A stretch of 64,000 nucleotides of DNA, taken from contig JAQFVV010000004.1 of NCBI GenBank assembly GCA_028023455.1, positions 2,480,001-2,544,000 of the forward strand, given 5' to 3'. Of the stretch, positions 1 to 14,005 are shown piece by piece. The position numbers and the translations under genes were made by a program. This DNA comes from Epiperipatus broadwayi (taxonomy: Eukaryota; Animalia; Onychophora). Position 1 is the stretch's first letter; each line of letters opens with the position of its first letter. Under the pieces are notes generated by a model. It did no database searches, was not told the DNA's origin, and saw only the letters and a program-made list of their open reading frames with translations.

Positions 1-630
1 CCTCACAAACCAAAAATTTATCACCTATTTTAAAAGATAGTGCCTGGAGCCCAAGTATCTGGACTTCATCAACAAAATTAACATTAGCACACTTTCTACA
101 AACTGGTTTCTGTTTCACCAAAGAGAAAACTCCAACATTGATCTGACCTGCAGTTTATGCTCTCATGAAGAGGAAACCATTGAACATTTCATATATCAAT
201 GTCCATATCTTAAAATGGTCAGATATAGTCTCCACCAACTCCAATGGCAGACTGAATCTAATTCTCTCACTAAAAAAAGTAATCCATACCAGAATGTTCA
301 CAATTATTCGACTGTCCATTTTTATCCTCTACACAATTTGGGTAGTACACTGCAAGTTGATAATGGAACTGCATGTCTAGATCCAGGTATGTTGTTCTAC
401 AAAACATTAAAAAAGATCATGAATAGAGCCAGCTCATCTCTCCCAAAAAATCCTTTGAGGACACTTGGATCCTGTTCACCTTCTCAGCTAATAACAACAG
501 AACAATAGATCTACTGACTCACTAAACCATACAACAAAAACTCTCAGGACTTAACACAACCTTATTTAACTTTGTATATATCTTTCTCACTTTGTACACA
601 TAGTAGTTAATAAATATATTTTTGAAACAA
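1..630 (+). mobile_element. 3' end remnant of an L1/Tx1-clade LINE (C-terminal CCHC region and 3' UTR)
   Basis: Frame 2 reads LTCSLCSHEEETIEHFIYQCPYL (C-x2-C...H...C motif typical of L1/Tx1 ORF2 C-terminus). Stops and frameshifts present; AATAAA near 608. Confidence 0.75.
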
Positions 631-1049
631 TAATTCATTATTCCTTTGACTTTTTTTTTTACATCATCAACACATCACTAACAATTTTACTATTAAACAA
701 ATTATTATTTAAGTTAATAAATTTATTTATCAAATTTTGAAAATTATACTAATATGAAAGATAGTGTCAAAATTTTACAATTCCTATCATAGTGAATTTT
801 CCATCTCATCTTGAAGTTTACATGCACAGAGTAGATCAATTATTTCTAGTTTTTATGGTATTTTTTCTTTAAAAATATCATACCTTCAACTGTTAATAAT
901 TTAGGATATCTCCTATATTAATCAAGATTATAGAATTTAATCTATTCTTCCATTATGTTTTTCTTTCCAATTTGCTAAAAAAAAAGGACTATCAACTTCT
1001 GTTGCAATTATCCTAATTATGATTATAATTGATCATGTAAGACAATTGA

Positions 1050-1700
1050 GACAAGTAGGTCCTATATCTGTGCAGTTAGACTGCTTGAAGCATTTGATTT
1101 TATTCTGATAATTGACCTGTTACACATGCTAAAAAAGCATAAGGTTTCTTTGCAAATAATTTGTATATTAGTCAATTTACTGCTTAATAAGCACATGCAT
1201 ATTGCATTAAATGGTACAACCTTGCTAAGTTTCAGTCCACATCAATATGATTCTCAAGGATCTCTATTCAATTCTCTTCATAACTTATGTAAATGCATTA
1301 CTTAAAGAAAAGACTTCCAGGAATATACCTTCCCATTCTAAACCACCACTTAATTCACAGTTTACATAGATGATTTTCTAATTATTCTACCATCCAAAAA
1401 AACATCTAATAAAGCTTATAACCATTCTTGAACAATATAAAACCAAATATCTTCTCATTTAAGTCCTCTTTTTGGAATATACTCATTGGTAATACTATAC
1501 CTTCTTCATTTATTGCATCACAACAAAAATCTTTAGGTTCTCCAATCTATCAGTTAATACAATGAGATCTGAAATTCAAAATAATCATCTCACTTCTATT
1601 GGAAATGATAAAAATTCCTCATTCAAAGGATATCTATTTATTCATGCTAAGATCTCTCTACAAGACTATTTATTATGCATCTATTATTAAATTTACTTTC
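1050..1700 (+). mobile_element. Degenerate reverse transcriptase of a CR1/L2-type LINE
   Basis: RT motifs in correct order across frameshifts: EAFD (~1088), SQGS..ILFITYVN (~1252-1292), YIDDFLII (~1364-1387). Clade assignment tentative. Confidence 0.55.
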
Positions 1701-2754
1701 ATTAAATAAGTAAATTCACACCATATTAAGCTCATCTAAGGTAAAAAAAAGTCAGTTGCAATTAGTATTAGAGCCATGCAGAAATGCTAAATATAATGGT
1801 TTCTCATTACATTGCATATCAATTTTTTATCCACAAGGGCAGTTAATGAAGTCAATAGACTTACACCAATACATCCACATATAGAAAACTATATTAAGGT
1901 GTGATCAACAGACACACCATCATCCCATATACAACTTCTTTATAATATAACTAATCATTTGCATAACAAAATATTTACCCATGGAACAATCTGTTTATGC
2001 TGGTAAAATTAAATATTGGCAACATATGATGTAGCAAATAAAACTGAACCTATTAACAGTCCTCAGCCAATACTTACCTTTTTTAATAACTGCATAACTA
2101 AACATTTAAATTTTGATATCTTGAGTCAAAATATCTGGAGTTCCTGATTAAAATCAATCTAGGAGTCCTTGCTACAAACAGCTTTTTATCCAATAGACTG
2201 ATAAATGCTAACAAAGATGGAATCTGTTTCTTATATAAAAACAAAATTACATATAATTTTCTATCTCAATGTCCAGCTTTATAAACATATCACATTCTTA
2301 TAAGCAGAATCACCAAATTAGCAACTTCTTCATTTTCCATAAAAGTAAATTACATATCTCCAAAAATTAGAATTAATACATTTTTACTTGTCACCTTATG
2401 GTTTCTGAGACGTTGTTTCTGTTTCACTCTGACATCTTAAAATTCATCATCCCTCTTTTATAATAAATGAGGAAAAATGAAAGTCAGGGATCAAAATCTT
2501 GCCACATGGGACTTCGTACCACTTTCACAAGTACTGTAATTATTGTATAATCTAATCGTCAGCACTTATTGTTATCATAAATAAAGTTTACTTTAAAACT
2601 AGTAATCGTAGAAGTGGTAAGTAGTAGTAAATTTTTAATAAAATTTTATTAATATTATTAAAATAATAATCATCAAACATCTATATTGTTTTTAATGTAA
2701 AACATTTATATTATCAATGCTTAAAATGATTCCGTATATACAGAACTATATTTT

Positions 2755-2980
2755 TGAACAAGGCAAAACTCTCCATGCAGTAGTGCCACCCTGTGCCAAC
2801 CAGAGTAATCAATGGATGCCAGAAGGCTTGTGCATAAAATCCCTATAGCCTTCTGGCATCTATTGATTACTCTGGTTGGCACAGGGTGGCACTACTGTAT
2901 GGATAGTTTTGCCTTGTTTATAACAATTATGTCCTATTATGAGATAGTAATCATGTGATCTTTTAGTGGTTTAACTATAT
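2755..2980. mobile_element. Family A fragment forming a fold-back
   Basis: About 70-bp arms at ~2758-2827 and ~2847-2918 are near-perfect reverse complements; sequence matches the family A unit at 37020-37200. Confidence 0.85.
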
Positions 2981-3336
2981 TTTTGATGCTTATGTTTTAA
3001 GGGTTCAGAATAATATTGAAAGCAGAAGAACAGTGAAGACTTTTACAATATATCTTTAATCCAATAGGTTTTGAAAATTACTTAATCTGCCAATTAAATA
3101 AAATTGTTCAAATCTGTTCACAATATGAGTGCTTAACTACTACATAACCTAACAACAAACTAAATTCTTAAAAAAAAGTTATAAAAAAAACACCTATATA
3201 TATGTATACACATATATATGTTTGTAAATATGTAAATGTCTGTATGAAAATCACAACTACTAAATGTGAATCATACCAACTATGTCTAAATCAAAGAAAT
3301 ACAACATTATTACATTGTTAATATTTGACAATAATA

Positions 3337-4600
3337 GAGGCAAAACTCCCATATAAAGTAGTGCCACCCAGTGTAAGCCAGAGCAATTAGTGGATGCAAG
3401 AAGGTTTGAGCATGAAATCCCTATCTAGTTCCTACTCATCTAATATCCCCAGGCCAGTTTTCTAACTTGTGGCTTTCATCAGTGATGGCTCTTGGATATG
3501 CACTGCACCTAGTTCTTGGAATCTAATCCAACACTGTAGCAGCCATCTTTTACATTTATAGTTAACTATAAAGCTGTGAGTCCAAAATAAAAGCTCAATA
3601 ATGTTTTTAATCCAAACTCATTCATTTGTTTAGTCATATAGATCTGAACTCAATTCAGAATCTATAGATTTTGGTGTCTCTGGTTCTTTATAACCTTAAT
3701 CACCATCATCCTATTTGACAGAATTGATATTAAATCACTAAACATCACATGACTACCATTCCCTATGCTTACAAAAGCAGTATAACAAAGGAAAAAACTC
3801 TCCATCCACCTAGTGTAAGCCAGAGTAACTAATGAATGCAATATTTGTGAATAAAATCCTAGTGTCTACTCATTCACTATTCCCATTATAGTTAACTAAA
3901 GATGTAGAGAAATGCACTGGATCCTAAGGTCTAGGTGCAGTGCTCTCAGATGCAAGGTTTCTCACTGATGGAAGCCACAAACTAGAAACTAGTTTTGGGA
4001 TATTGGATAAGTATGCAATAAATAGAGATTTTCTGCACAAACCTATTTGCATCCATTGGTTACGGTGGCTTGTGCTGGATGGCACTACTGTATGGAGAGT
4101 TTTTGTCTCTGTTATAACAGCTTGTATAAGCATGGGGGGTGTTTATCATGTGATGTTTAGTGGTTTAATAACATTCCTGCCAAATAGGATGTTGGTGACT
4201 ATGGTTATTAAAGAACCAAAAACATCAAAATGTATAGAAGCAGAACTGGGTTTAGATCTGTATGATTATACAAGTGGATGAGTTTGGATTGAAAACATAT
4301 TGTGTTTTCATTTTGGACTCCTAGCTTTACAGTTAACTAAAATGGTAAAAGATGACTGTTAGAGAGTTGCATTGGATTCTAAGAACTCAGTGCAGAGCTC
4401 TCAGATCCAAGAATCCTCAATGATGAAAGCCAAGCTAAAAACTAGCCTGGTGATATTGGATGAGCAAGCATTAGATAAGGATTTTATACACAAATCTTCT
4501 TCCATCCATTGTTACTCTGGCATGCATTTGGCAGTTACTATATGGAGAGTTTTGCATTTGATATAACAGCTTAGATAAGCATAGGAAATGGTGATTGTAT
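3337..4600. mobile_element. Family A HHR repeat, divergent inverted array
   Basis: Minus arm ~3337-3830 with decayed HHR at 3447-3486. Plus arm ~3885-4600 with decayed HHRs whose cores start at 3965 and 4420 (spacing 455 nt). Confidence 0.85.
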
Positions 4601-5314
4601 GAATTCATACTAAAATATTAGAAGTTGGGGAATCAATTAATATAAATGTGTAAAATAAAAATTAAAAAGACAAAAAAAAAAAACATCCTAGAAGTATATA
4701 TATATTACAGGCAAACAAAATATAAAAAATGTTTTATCATTCTTATAAATTAATTATTAAATATTTATATACTTTATGATAACGACGATTAATAATGTTA
4801 TACAAAATTATAAACAAATTCCAAAAAAAAAGAAAAAAAATGTGTTTAAAAGTGCTATAATTTTACCAAAATTGTTTGCAACCCGTTTAAAAATTTTTTC
4901 ACATGCTTAGCACTAGAATTAGCCATAAATTTAAAAGAATGATTTAATGATGATTGTGAGTTATTAAGATTTTTAAATCTATATTTTCTTTTAGTCAAAC
5001 TGCAGCTCAACTCGATTATACCTTTGTTTGATTTTTGAGTGTTCTTTATTTATACATCCTTCTACAAATTTCCAAGATTATATTCACTCCCATTTCTGAT
5101 TCCCAATTCAAATTTACATAAATTCTTTTTTAAAAAAATATCTATATTTTTATCAAAATTAGTGAAATAATCAATAGATTTTTTAATATTATTGTCACTG
5201 TAGAAAAAGAAAACACTGAGATATAAATTAAAATATAATAATCACATAAAGAATTAACAGATTAATTTTACTTTTTTAATGTTTTGCACAGTGATAATTG
5301 AACAGCCTATTCTC

Positions 5315-5992
5315 AGATCACTTTACAATATACTGCATCTTATGAAAATTATTACTGAATGAATAGTGCATAGTAATGGTCTTGGGTTAAAAATATTATT
5401 GTGTTTTAGTTTTGGCCTTGTAGCTTTATAATTTATTAAATTGGTAAATACGCTGTTGAAAGTTACATTACATCCTAAAGTTTAGGCACAGTGTTTTCAG
5501 ATTCCAAGCTCTTCCCTGATGAAACCCACAAGATAAGAACTAATCTTAGGATTTAGATGAGTAGACATTAGATAGTGATTTATGCATAAACCTTCTAGCC
5601 TCCATTCATTATTATAGTTTGCACTGAGTGAAACTACTGCTTGGAGAATTTACTACTGTTTTAACAACTTTTATAAGCATAGGAAATGGTGATGTAATGT
5701 CTTAGTAGTTTAATATCATATAATATTAAATCAACATAGTGATAGGTTGAGTACAATGGTTGCACCCATTTGATCAAAGTGAATTTTTTGTAATAATTTC
5801 TAAAAACTGTGATCTAAATTGTAGCTCTCAAATCCACTGCTTTACTGCTTTAATGTAAATGAAATAAGTATCAACTCCATCATGGATAATACTTCTTTAT
5901 CATGGTTACCATTCTATATGAAAAAATAAATTACTATGTATTATTTATTCAGTAATAATTTCACAAAATGAATATATACTATAGAGTGATTT
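5315..5992. repeat. Degenerate ~60-bp inverted repeat pair (possible old MITE) enclosing a family A copy
   Basis: 5315-5376 resembles the reverse complement of 5930-5992 (shared aaattattactgaat.aata.t.catagtaat). No TSD found. Confidence 0.45.
5389..5715 (+). mobile_element. Family A copy with decayed HHR at ~5511-5550
   Basis: ccCTGATGAaacccacaagataagaactaatcttagg plus flanks matching family A. Confidence 0.75.
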
Positions 5993-7103
5993 GTCAATTT
6001 GTTTATGTTGAATGACATTACACATAATGACTGGAGCTGATATCTCCTCAAATTTATCTACATCTAATTCAAAATGATTAATCAATTTATTACATTATTC
6101 TACTTCACCAAACTACACAGTTTGCAGCAGATTACTATAATAATAATGATGATGATAATGATGATGATAACAATAACAATAATAATGCCAAATAAAATAT
6201 AATCAAGTACCATTATAAATACATAAAGTCAAATTAAAATTAATGAGATTATTTTAAAAATAAAAAAATTAAAATATTTTTATACCCTTTCACATTTTAA
6301 TGATTTTCCACCAATTTCCTAATGGCAATTTGAGATAATAGTTGAATATTTTAATTTTAGTATTAACATCCTTATTTAATATTATGAACCAATAATATTC
6401 TAAAAAATCCATATTTAAATTTTTTAAATATTAAAAAAAAAAAATAATGTGAAATACATAATGAGAAGTATTATTTTTTTATTACTGATTATTGAAAAAA
6501 GTGAATTAATAAAATCTTTGTTGAAAGAATTCCATTTTTTAAATGCAAATGAATAATTGTTAAGTCATTATAAAGCTATGAAATTCAGTTCTAAAATTTA
6601 AAATTGAATTTATATTTATTGAATTAATACAAAAATGTAATATTACACTGATTGAATTTTAAACTTGTATTTTAAAAAATGAAACATTTTTTTACAAATC
6701 TAAATGTAAATGTGAATAAATTTCTTATTTAATAATTACTATATAAATATTTTGTAAAAATAATTATAAATATTTGGTAGTTGTGAGTTTTCAGGTAAAC
6801 CAAGATGGCATTCCAGATTTTTGATAAATGTATAATTTCAAGGGCCTATATATATTTACTGAAGATTTGTTAGTTGTTAAATTAAAACAAAATTAATAAA
6901 TTGATTGTTAAATTAAAAAAAGAAATTCCAATAAATTTTATTTAGAAGCTTTATTTCAAATTTTTTTTACTTATATTATAACATGGGGAGTGACAGGATG
7001 CTCTTCACAATGTCGTACTTTGGTTCAATTTAGTGTATCTCTTTTTATCAGCAGGCTTTTTAAATTGTCACAGTGATAAAAATTTGGAATCTTCCTATCA
7101 CAG

Positions 7104-7656
7104 AATGTGATGCAGAGGATTATTTCCAAAGGTATGAGATCCTGCTGTCCCAAAAAGTGGGTGTTAATTGTCATGATATGATTGCAAGCCACCAACATTA
7201 ATAAAGTATAAATATTGTATTTACATATTTTTTCATTTACTGTTAATAAATTAATCCCCCAAAAAATACACTGTAAATATCATAATGAATTTTTCCATAA
7301 TGATCTCTATTTTTAAAATAACAGTAATAAAAAATAAAATGTAAATACAATGTTTCCTAGCATGTATATTTTTGTAAACATTTTTTTGGGGCATCTGAAA
7401 CTGTATATTTTTTTAAAAATTCAGGTTGTCATTTTGATTTATTTGAAAACTCACAAGTACTAAATATTTTTAAAAAACTATGAAATAATGCATTTTTTTT
7501 CATTGCTGACAACAATGAAAGAGAAATTGAATAGTCTGTTTATATACCTATGTTGAAGGAATACAACAATCAGAGACCATCTAAACTTTTGTTGGCTCAT
7601 TTGTAGTTCTTTTTTATAGATTATTTCGTGGATTATTGACACCTTCAGACTTTTAA
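7104..7656 (+). CDS. Candidate last two exons of an unidentified host gene (7104-7131 and 7620-7656)
   Basis: cttcctatcacAG acceptor, AAG/gtatga donor, ttcttttttatAG acceptor. The phase-compatible join reads ECDAEDYFQRLFRGLLTPSDF-stop, with AATAAA overlapping the stop. No homology recognised. Confidence 0.3.
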
Positions 7657-9289
7657 TAAATATTTAATTTATTTTCAAGTATTACCATCAAATGAACATA
7701 CAACAAGCAAAATAACATACCTGCAAAAGAATGATTTAAAGCCAAAGCATAGAAGTGCTATCACAGTTCTCTATGAATCAATGATTATAATTGTCAGTTT
7801 GTTAATATCAACTGTAAATAATTCTTTCTTCTCATTCGCACATAGTCTAATCCCAAATTCTATCTTGGCAAAATAATTAATATTGTAATTAAGAGAAAAA
7901 TAAATGGATACTTGACAGTAGTGAGTGACATTATACACTAAAATTAAAATATTTTTTAATAGGTTGCAACTAGATAAAGGCCTTTCTAATGAACTTTTAT
8001 GAATAAATCATAATGGAAAAAGCAATGACTCTTAGTTTGCTGATTGCTAGGTAGTAATGTATGAGCATTTTTTCATTTTATTTTATTGTCTAGTCAATAA
8101 TTAGACATGTATTTACTGACCAATATTGGATAGTTAGCTGACGTGGTTATAGACTACCTATTTTAAAAAAAGTTCGAAATCTATTTAAAATCTGAAAAAT
8201 TTTCAAGTTTAACTTAGCTGGATTTGAACGGAGATCATGCATATTGTAAATATATATTTATTAAACATTGTACTATGGGGCTCCTATAAATACAGCTTTC
8301 TTATAGGGTATTTAATTGGATTTATTGTTACGAGTTGTGTGTGTATAAGTGTTTGAACATATAGATGCATGTGCAAAAAATACCGTATTAAAATATATTA
8401 TATATATACATTTTATCAATACAAACATTTTAATTTTAGGTTATTTTATGCATGAATGGTTTGTAAAAATTGAATGCTCATTTGTTTTGTTATTAATAAT
8501 TAAATATGTTTATATATTATTGATTTTCTTTTCTTTTTAGTTTTTTAATTAATTTTACATTTAATTTATTACAATTTAGGATGATGCTTTTTTTATTATT
8601 ATTATTAATAAGTTTCCTTACTGATATTTTCAGTTAGATCAATTTTATCTGGTTTTGGGTAAAATATATTTTATTTTCAAATTAAAAAAGCTTGTTATGA
8701 GTAATGGGTTTATTGTATCCTATTTATATGAAATCATTAAGGAGATAGATAGTGTATTAATCACATTACAATAATGTATTATTAAAGAAACAATGAGGGA
8801 TTACAAAAATGTTTCCTTCAATCTAATTTGTCCTTGTAGACTGACAGATGTGATATTCGTAAAGTAGTTTAATCCATAAAACAATAAAAATTATTGAATA
8901 AAGTCATCTTGCACTCTCTGATTATAATAATCGCTCTTTAAATACCAACTTTTTAAATATTAAAATGATAAGTATTAGATCAGAAGAGAATGTAGATATA
9001 ACTCGTGACCTTCATCTAAGTAGATAGCGTTATTAATGATGTATTTTTATTTTATTTTTGCCGATAAATTTTTTTAAAATAAATTTTTGTAATTTGTATG
9101 AAATATTCATTAAATTAGTGAATATAATTAAATAATTACTTCGTTAATATGACTTTAATTTTGCACTTTTTTTCAAGGTTTTAAAATATGAATTTTATTT
9201 TATTAATAAACTATAAATATTGCATTAATTCTAGACAGTTTGTTTAATTCTATTAAAATACATTAAAAACACTTTGTTATCTAAGATAA

Positions 9290-9620
9290 AATGGAGAAAG
9301 CAAAGTGTCAAGCGCATGCGTTAATAAAGTAAAATGAATGCGATCATATTGTAACGAAAATAAAAACAAGTCAAAATAATAAATCTATTTCACACCACTC
9401 CAGCTATGAGTCGTCCGGTGATGTCAAATCAAAATTAAATTTAAACTAGGAGAATCTGTGTTATTTTGCTATAGGCGTATTTTTGTATGTTAAATTTTCT
9501 GTTCAAAAGTAGATTGGAATAACTAAGCAATAGAATGTTTTGCATGCTCATTGAATAACATTGGATCATCTTCGGGGTATTTGCCATTGTTTGCATTCTC
9601 GTCAAAATAATTTGTCGGAA
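9290..9620. promoter_or_regulatory. CpG-retaining promoter-like patch
   Basis: Local cluster of CpGs in a CpG-poor background; GCGCATGCG (NRF1-type palindrome) at 9312-9320. Confidence 0.4.
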
Positions 9621-9854
9621 TATCTTAAAATTGGTACTATATTATAAAATAGCAAATATACAAAATAATATTTTTACAGTTTGATTTTTAAGTATTAAAC
9701 TTTCTGCAATTACAACTTTGAAATCATCTACTTTAAACAAATATACTAATGATAATAAATAATTATTTATTAAACTAGAGATTATATCTAGCCCAGACAT
9801 AACTTTAAACTTAAGTTAAAGATTAATGTATCTGGATTTATATAAACACATAAA

Positions 9855-9937
9855 TAATATTTACTAAGGCTGTAACCTCAAGAATATGCGGTAAAAACGC
9901 GATAGTAGGGACCTCTACAGGTTTTAACCACAAGCTT
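9855..9937. repeat. Family C ~83-bp dispersed element, copy 1
   Basis: taatatttactaaggctgtaacctc...gggacctctacagg..ttaaccacaagctt; further copies at 17715, 33555 and 35975. Confidence 0.85.
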
Positions 9938-10039
9938 GTGATTAAATAACTTAAGTCAATCTCTCTTCTTCCATGTACACTATATTTTTCTAAAGATCCA
10001 CTACACTATACATTCTTGAAAGTATGGATAAAAGACAAA

Positions 10040-10130
10040 TGATAATGACCTACTAATTGCAAATTTTCTACTAAACCAGCACTCATGAGTTAGTTCAGAT
10101 CTCTACTTCTAACACAGGACTTCAACATTT
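10040..10130 (-). mobile_element. Family B fragment with heavily decayed HHR
   Basis: ctaaaccagcactcatgagttagttcagatc matches the family B tgaaccagcactcatcagttggtccagatc. Confidence 0.6.
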
Positions 10131-10733
10131 ATTTAATATTTATCAATATCAAATCTTTACAATCTGATTCTGCAGTTATAATTTTTACACCAACCACTTC
10201 AGATAAATAATACCCTGATCAATATTATATTCATGAATTATAAGATTGAGTTAGAGATATCTATTTTTAATTATGCCGGTATGAATTAGTTATTTTACTA
10301 AATACTTAAATTACTCTCATATATATATAATTAATTAAAATTACACCAAATCCAAAATTCATCCAGACCAGCAAAAAATAATATTAAAACCCAACCAAAG
10401 ATAATTTTAATAATATATTGACTAGATTAGCTATATGCTTGTAATGTTTATCTATATATATATATATATATAAGCAGCTGCATGCAATTTGGTAAACTAA
10501 TCGTAGAAATGCTTTTATTAGTTTACACACTATTTAAAATTAATTAATATCAAATTCAAATCAATGCTTTTTTATAAATAATACTTAAGCCTCTCATAAA
10601 AAGATCTATCTATAAATTAATATCTTAAAAGCTGAAGAAATAAATTCCTTTTCATTATTACTATCACTTACGGGTTCTAAAGCAAATATTGTCTCGCGTT
10701 GTTAGCGGGGGGGGCGGGGGGGCGGGAGGGAGT

Positions 10734-10775
<42 letters not shown>

Positions 10776-10834
10776 TGATAAGGGAAAAAAAAAAAAAAAA
10801 AAAAATAATTATTCTTATTAAATAAAATACCCTT

Positions 10835-10943
10835 GTCAAGCGTTGTTAGCCGAGAGGTCATCACAGCAGCCGTGGAAGCAAGTAGTTGGTTGCAGACGGT
10901 TGGGGGTTCGCCTCCCGGCCGATGTTATGACATATGAAAAAAA
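10835..10943 (+). mobile_element. tRNA-derived SINE with poly(A) tail and TSD
   Basis: A-box-like TAGCCGAGAGG (10847-10857), B-box-like GGTTCGCCTCC (10905-10915), A tail, 11-bp direct repeat AAAATACCCTT at 10824-10834 and 10944-10954. Confidence 0.8.
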
Positions 10944-12039
10944 AAAATACCCTTTAATAAACTTATAAGAGTAATTCAGACAAATATATTCTCATTAAAT
11001 TTTTTTTTATCAAAGCATAACCAAAATTATTAAATGTTTATTTCTATAACAGAAACTCATTAAAGTACCTTCTTATTAGCAAATGGCTGGTAACTTTTGG
11101 GCCTAGTCATATTTCTTGCTTTATTTTCTTGGAGATGTTACCGTAAAATATCTGATCATTTAATAAAATGGTTACAATGCAAAATAGAATTAATTTACTT
11201 AAAGTCAAAGCACTAATCTCAGCATAAGAATCAAAGCTATTTACTGCAATCAAGTTATGAATATCAAAAACAATAAACAATACATATCTAACAAATATAT
11301 TTTAAAAACCACATTATTAACTTAGCACTAAACTCGCCCCCCCCCCAATATAAACAGAGTAATTTAAAACGGACATGATATATCCAACAACCAGCTTTTT
11401 TAATTTATAAAACATATCATTATTTTTAAAATATACAGAATCCTCTAATAGTAAAAGCAACTCATAAATAATATTAATTTTAGTGCAGAAAATAATTTTG
11501 TTTCCCCAAAATAGAAATTAACAATAATATACACCAAAAACATGCTTATAGATTATAGATATGACTTGTAAAAATAAACCAATCAAGTTATTAACTAATG
11601 AAATATGTTGTTAACAAAAAGTGTAAATGATTACAAAATTTTTTTAAAAAAAATCTTGCTAAACATATGAGAAAAAAAACATATAGAAAAATGTTGAAAA
11701 TTAGCTGAATGCAATTTTTTTCAACGAAAAATGTTATTGAAGATCTTAAAGCAGAAGTCATAATTGCTTAACCATATTTGTTGAATAATTGATGATTAAA
11801 TCTAAAAAGTTTACTTTTGATATTTATAAGACATAGAATAAAAAAGAAAACTTTCATAAAGTATAGTCAAATAAATTTTTTAAATGTTGAAATTAATTAT
11901 CTTTACTCAATTTTGGGCCAGAGACTGTAGGCAGGCAAATATATATATATAAACAAAAAAAGACTTATAAATCTAATAAATAATATTATATTTCAACCAG
12001 AGGACTGGTTTTCATCAGAAAGAAAAAAAAAATATACAG

Positions 12040-12078
<39 letters not shown>

Positions 12079-12103
12079 AAAATATTCAAGTGCATATCAC
12101 TAG

Positions 12104-12240
12104 CTGAAAATTCAAATACAAGATGTTCAAGTCACCTTCCCAAATGTTATATTTTTTAACAATACTCTCTGTGCTGTGTGAAGTTCAAACTTTATATTTA
12201 TCCACAGAGGGTGTTGCTGGAAAACATAATGTTTGGGAAG
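12104..12240 (+). CDS. Candidate host exon: either 12104-12240 with a signal-peptide-like start, or a 33-nt exon 12208-12240
   Basis: ATG at 12123 gives MFKSPSQMLYFLTILSVLCEVQTLYLSTEGVAGKHNVWE, then GAAG/gtaatt donor. Alternative acceptor ttatccacAG at 12207. The rest of the ORF-track ORF runs into family B repeat. Confidence 0.3.
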
Positions 12241-12249
12241 GTAATTTAA

Positions 12250-13265
12250 ACTATACATATATATTCTTAGAAAAAACTCAAACTCAGAATTTCAAGCTCC
12301 CACAGCCATCCACTCCATATCATATAACAGATATACATGACCATATACACTTGAGAAAGATAAACAATCTCCAATACACATATTTTGTGCTAAACCAGCA
12401 CTCATCAGTTGGTCCAGATCACTATCTCCACAAATATGTACAATCATTGCTCAGTTTATATAAAGATAGCAAATATTCAAAATTTAATGGACAAGCTTCA
12501 ATCTTCTCCATCCACCAACTCTTCAGCTAACCATATCATTGAAAATCCAATGATGGAACACTCAAAGTTCCTGTTGATGCCAATGTTATTGTCATATTCT
12601 TGTTGACTTTAAATCATTTTGACCTTTCAGATATAGGACCTTAATATATCCCATTTAAATACACAGAAGAGGGATGGGAAGAATACAGGATAAATATATA
12701 ATATTCAGATATAAGTTTATTGTCTATACCAAACATAATGTAATTAGAAAGGACCTGAACTAAGACTTTTAAGATCCTACAGCCATTCATACCATCTCAT
12801 ACAACTGATACACATGACTACATACATGTGAGAAATACAATCCAGCACATATGTGAGGAGTCATAATGACATAAAAGTCAACATGACTATGACAGTAATA
12901 TTTGCATCAACAAGGGCTTTGAGTGATTCATTATCAGATTTTCACTGATATTAGATTTTCAAGGATATGGATGGCTTAAGAGTTGGAAGGTGGAGAAGGT
13001 TGAAGCTTGTTCATTAAAGTCTGAATATTTGCTACTTTATTATGAATTGAGCCGTGATTTATATATGTGTGGAGATGGTGATCTAGACTAACGATGAGTG
13101 CTAGTTCAGCATGAAATACATATATTGGTTTATCTTTTTCACATGCATGTGATCATGTGTATCCATTGTATGAGATAAAGTGGATGGCTGTGGTGAGCTT
13201 GAAAGTCTGAGTTTGGGTCCTTTCTAATTACATTAGGTTCAGTATAGACAATATACTTATATTTG
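12250..13265. mobile_element. Family B HHR repeat, inverted array
   Basis: HHR on minus at 12371-12412 and on plus at 13088-13128. The unit start (ttagaaa) recurs at 12267 and 12744 (477 nt). Confidence 0.85.
12371..12412 (-). ncRNA. Family B type I hammerhead motif, G12 mutated to A
   Basis: CCAA CUGAUGA GUGCUG guu UAGCAC AAAA UAUGUG UA UUGG. Confidence 0.75.
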
Positions 13266-13339
<74 letters not shown>

Positions 13340-13342
<3 letters not shown>

Positions 13343-14005
13343 AACTTCAGGTAATTAGAGTGGATTTGAATTCAGACATTCAAGCTCCCTATATTTATTC
13401 ACTCTATCCTATACAACAAAACACATGACCATGTTCATGTGAAAAAGATAAATCATTTTCAATATATATTTTTCATGCTAAAACAGCACTCATCAGTTGG
13501 TCCAGATCACCATTTTTCACACACATATATAATTGGTACTCAGTTTATATTAAGATAACAGGTCTTCAAACTTTATTGGACACATTTCAATATTTTCTCC
13601 AACTTTACAATTGTCCATATCATTGAAAATCTGATGATGGAATGCTCAAATCACATATAGATGCCAATCAAATTGTCATACCCAGACTGAATATGTAATA
13701 TTTAAATACAATTATAATGTCTATACTGAACTTAGTGTAATTAGAAAGGATTTGAACTCATACTTTAAACTCTTTACAGATATCTACTCCATTCTATACA
13801 ACTGATATACGTGACCATGCATATGTGAAAAAGATAAATAATCTCCAATATATGTTATGCTGAACCAGCATTCATCAGTTGTTCCAGATCATCATCTCTG
13901 ACACATATATATATAATCAGTGCTCAGTTTATATTAAGATAGCAAATATTCAAACTTTAATAGACAGGCTTCAATCTTCTCCACTTTCTAACTATTCAGC
14001 TATCC
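13340..14005 (-). mobile_element. Family B tandem pair
   Basis: HHR motifs at 13459-13500 and 13845-13882 in the same orientation (386 nt apart; first unit internally deleted). Confidence 0.8.

Noticed and set aside
8195-8280. tRNA gene on minus (tagtacaatg...gttcaaatcc)
   Set aside because: A/B-box-like words but no cloverleaf; probably a decayed SINE head.
10664-10864. Proline-rich 66-aa ORF
   Set aside because: Translation of the poly(G) and poly(A) tracts.
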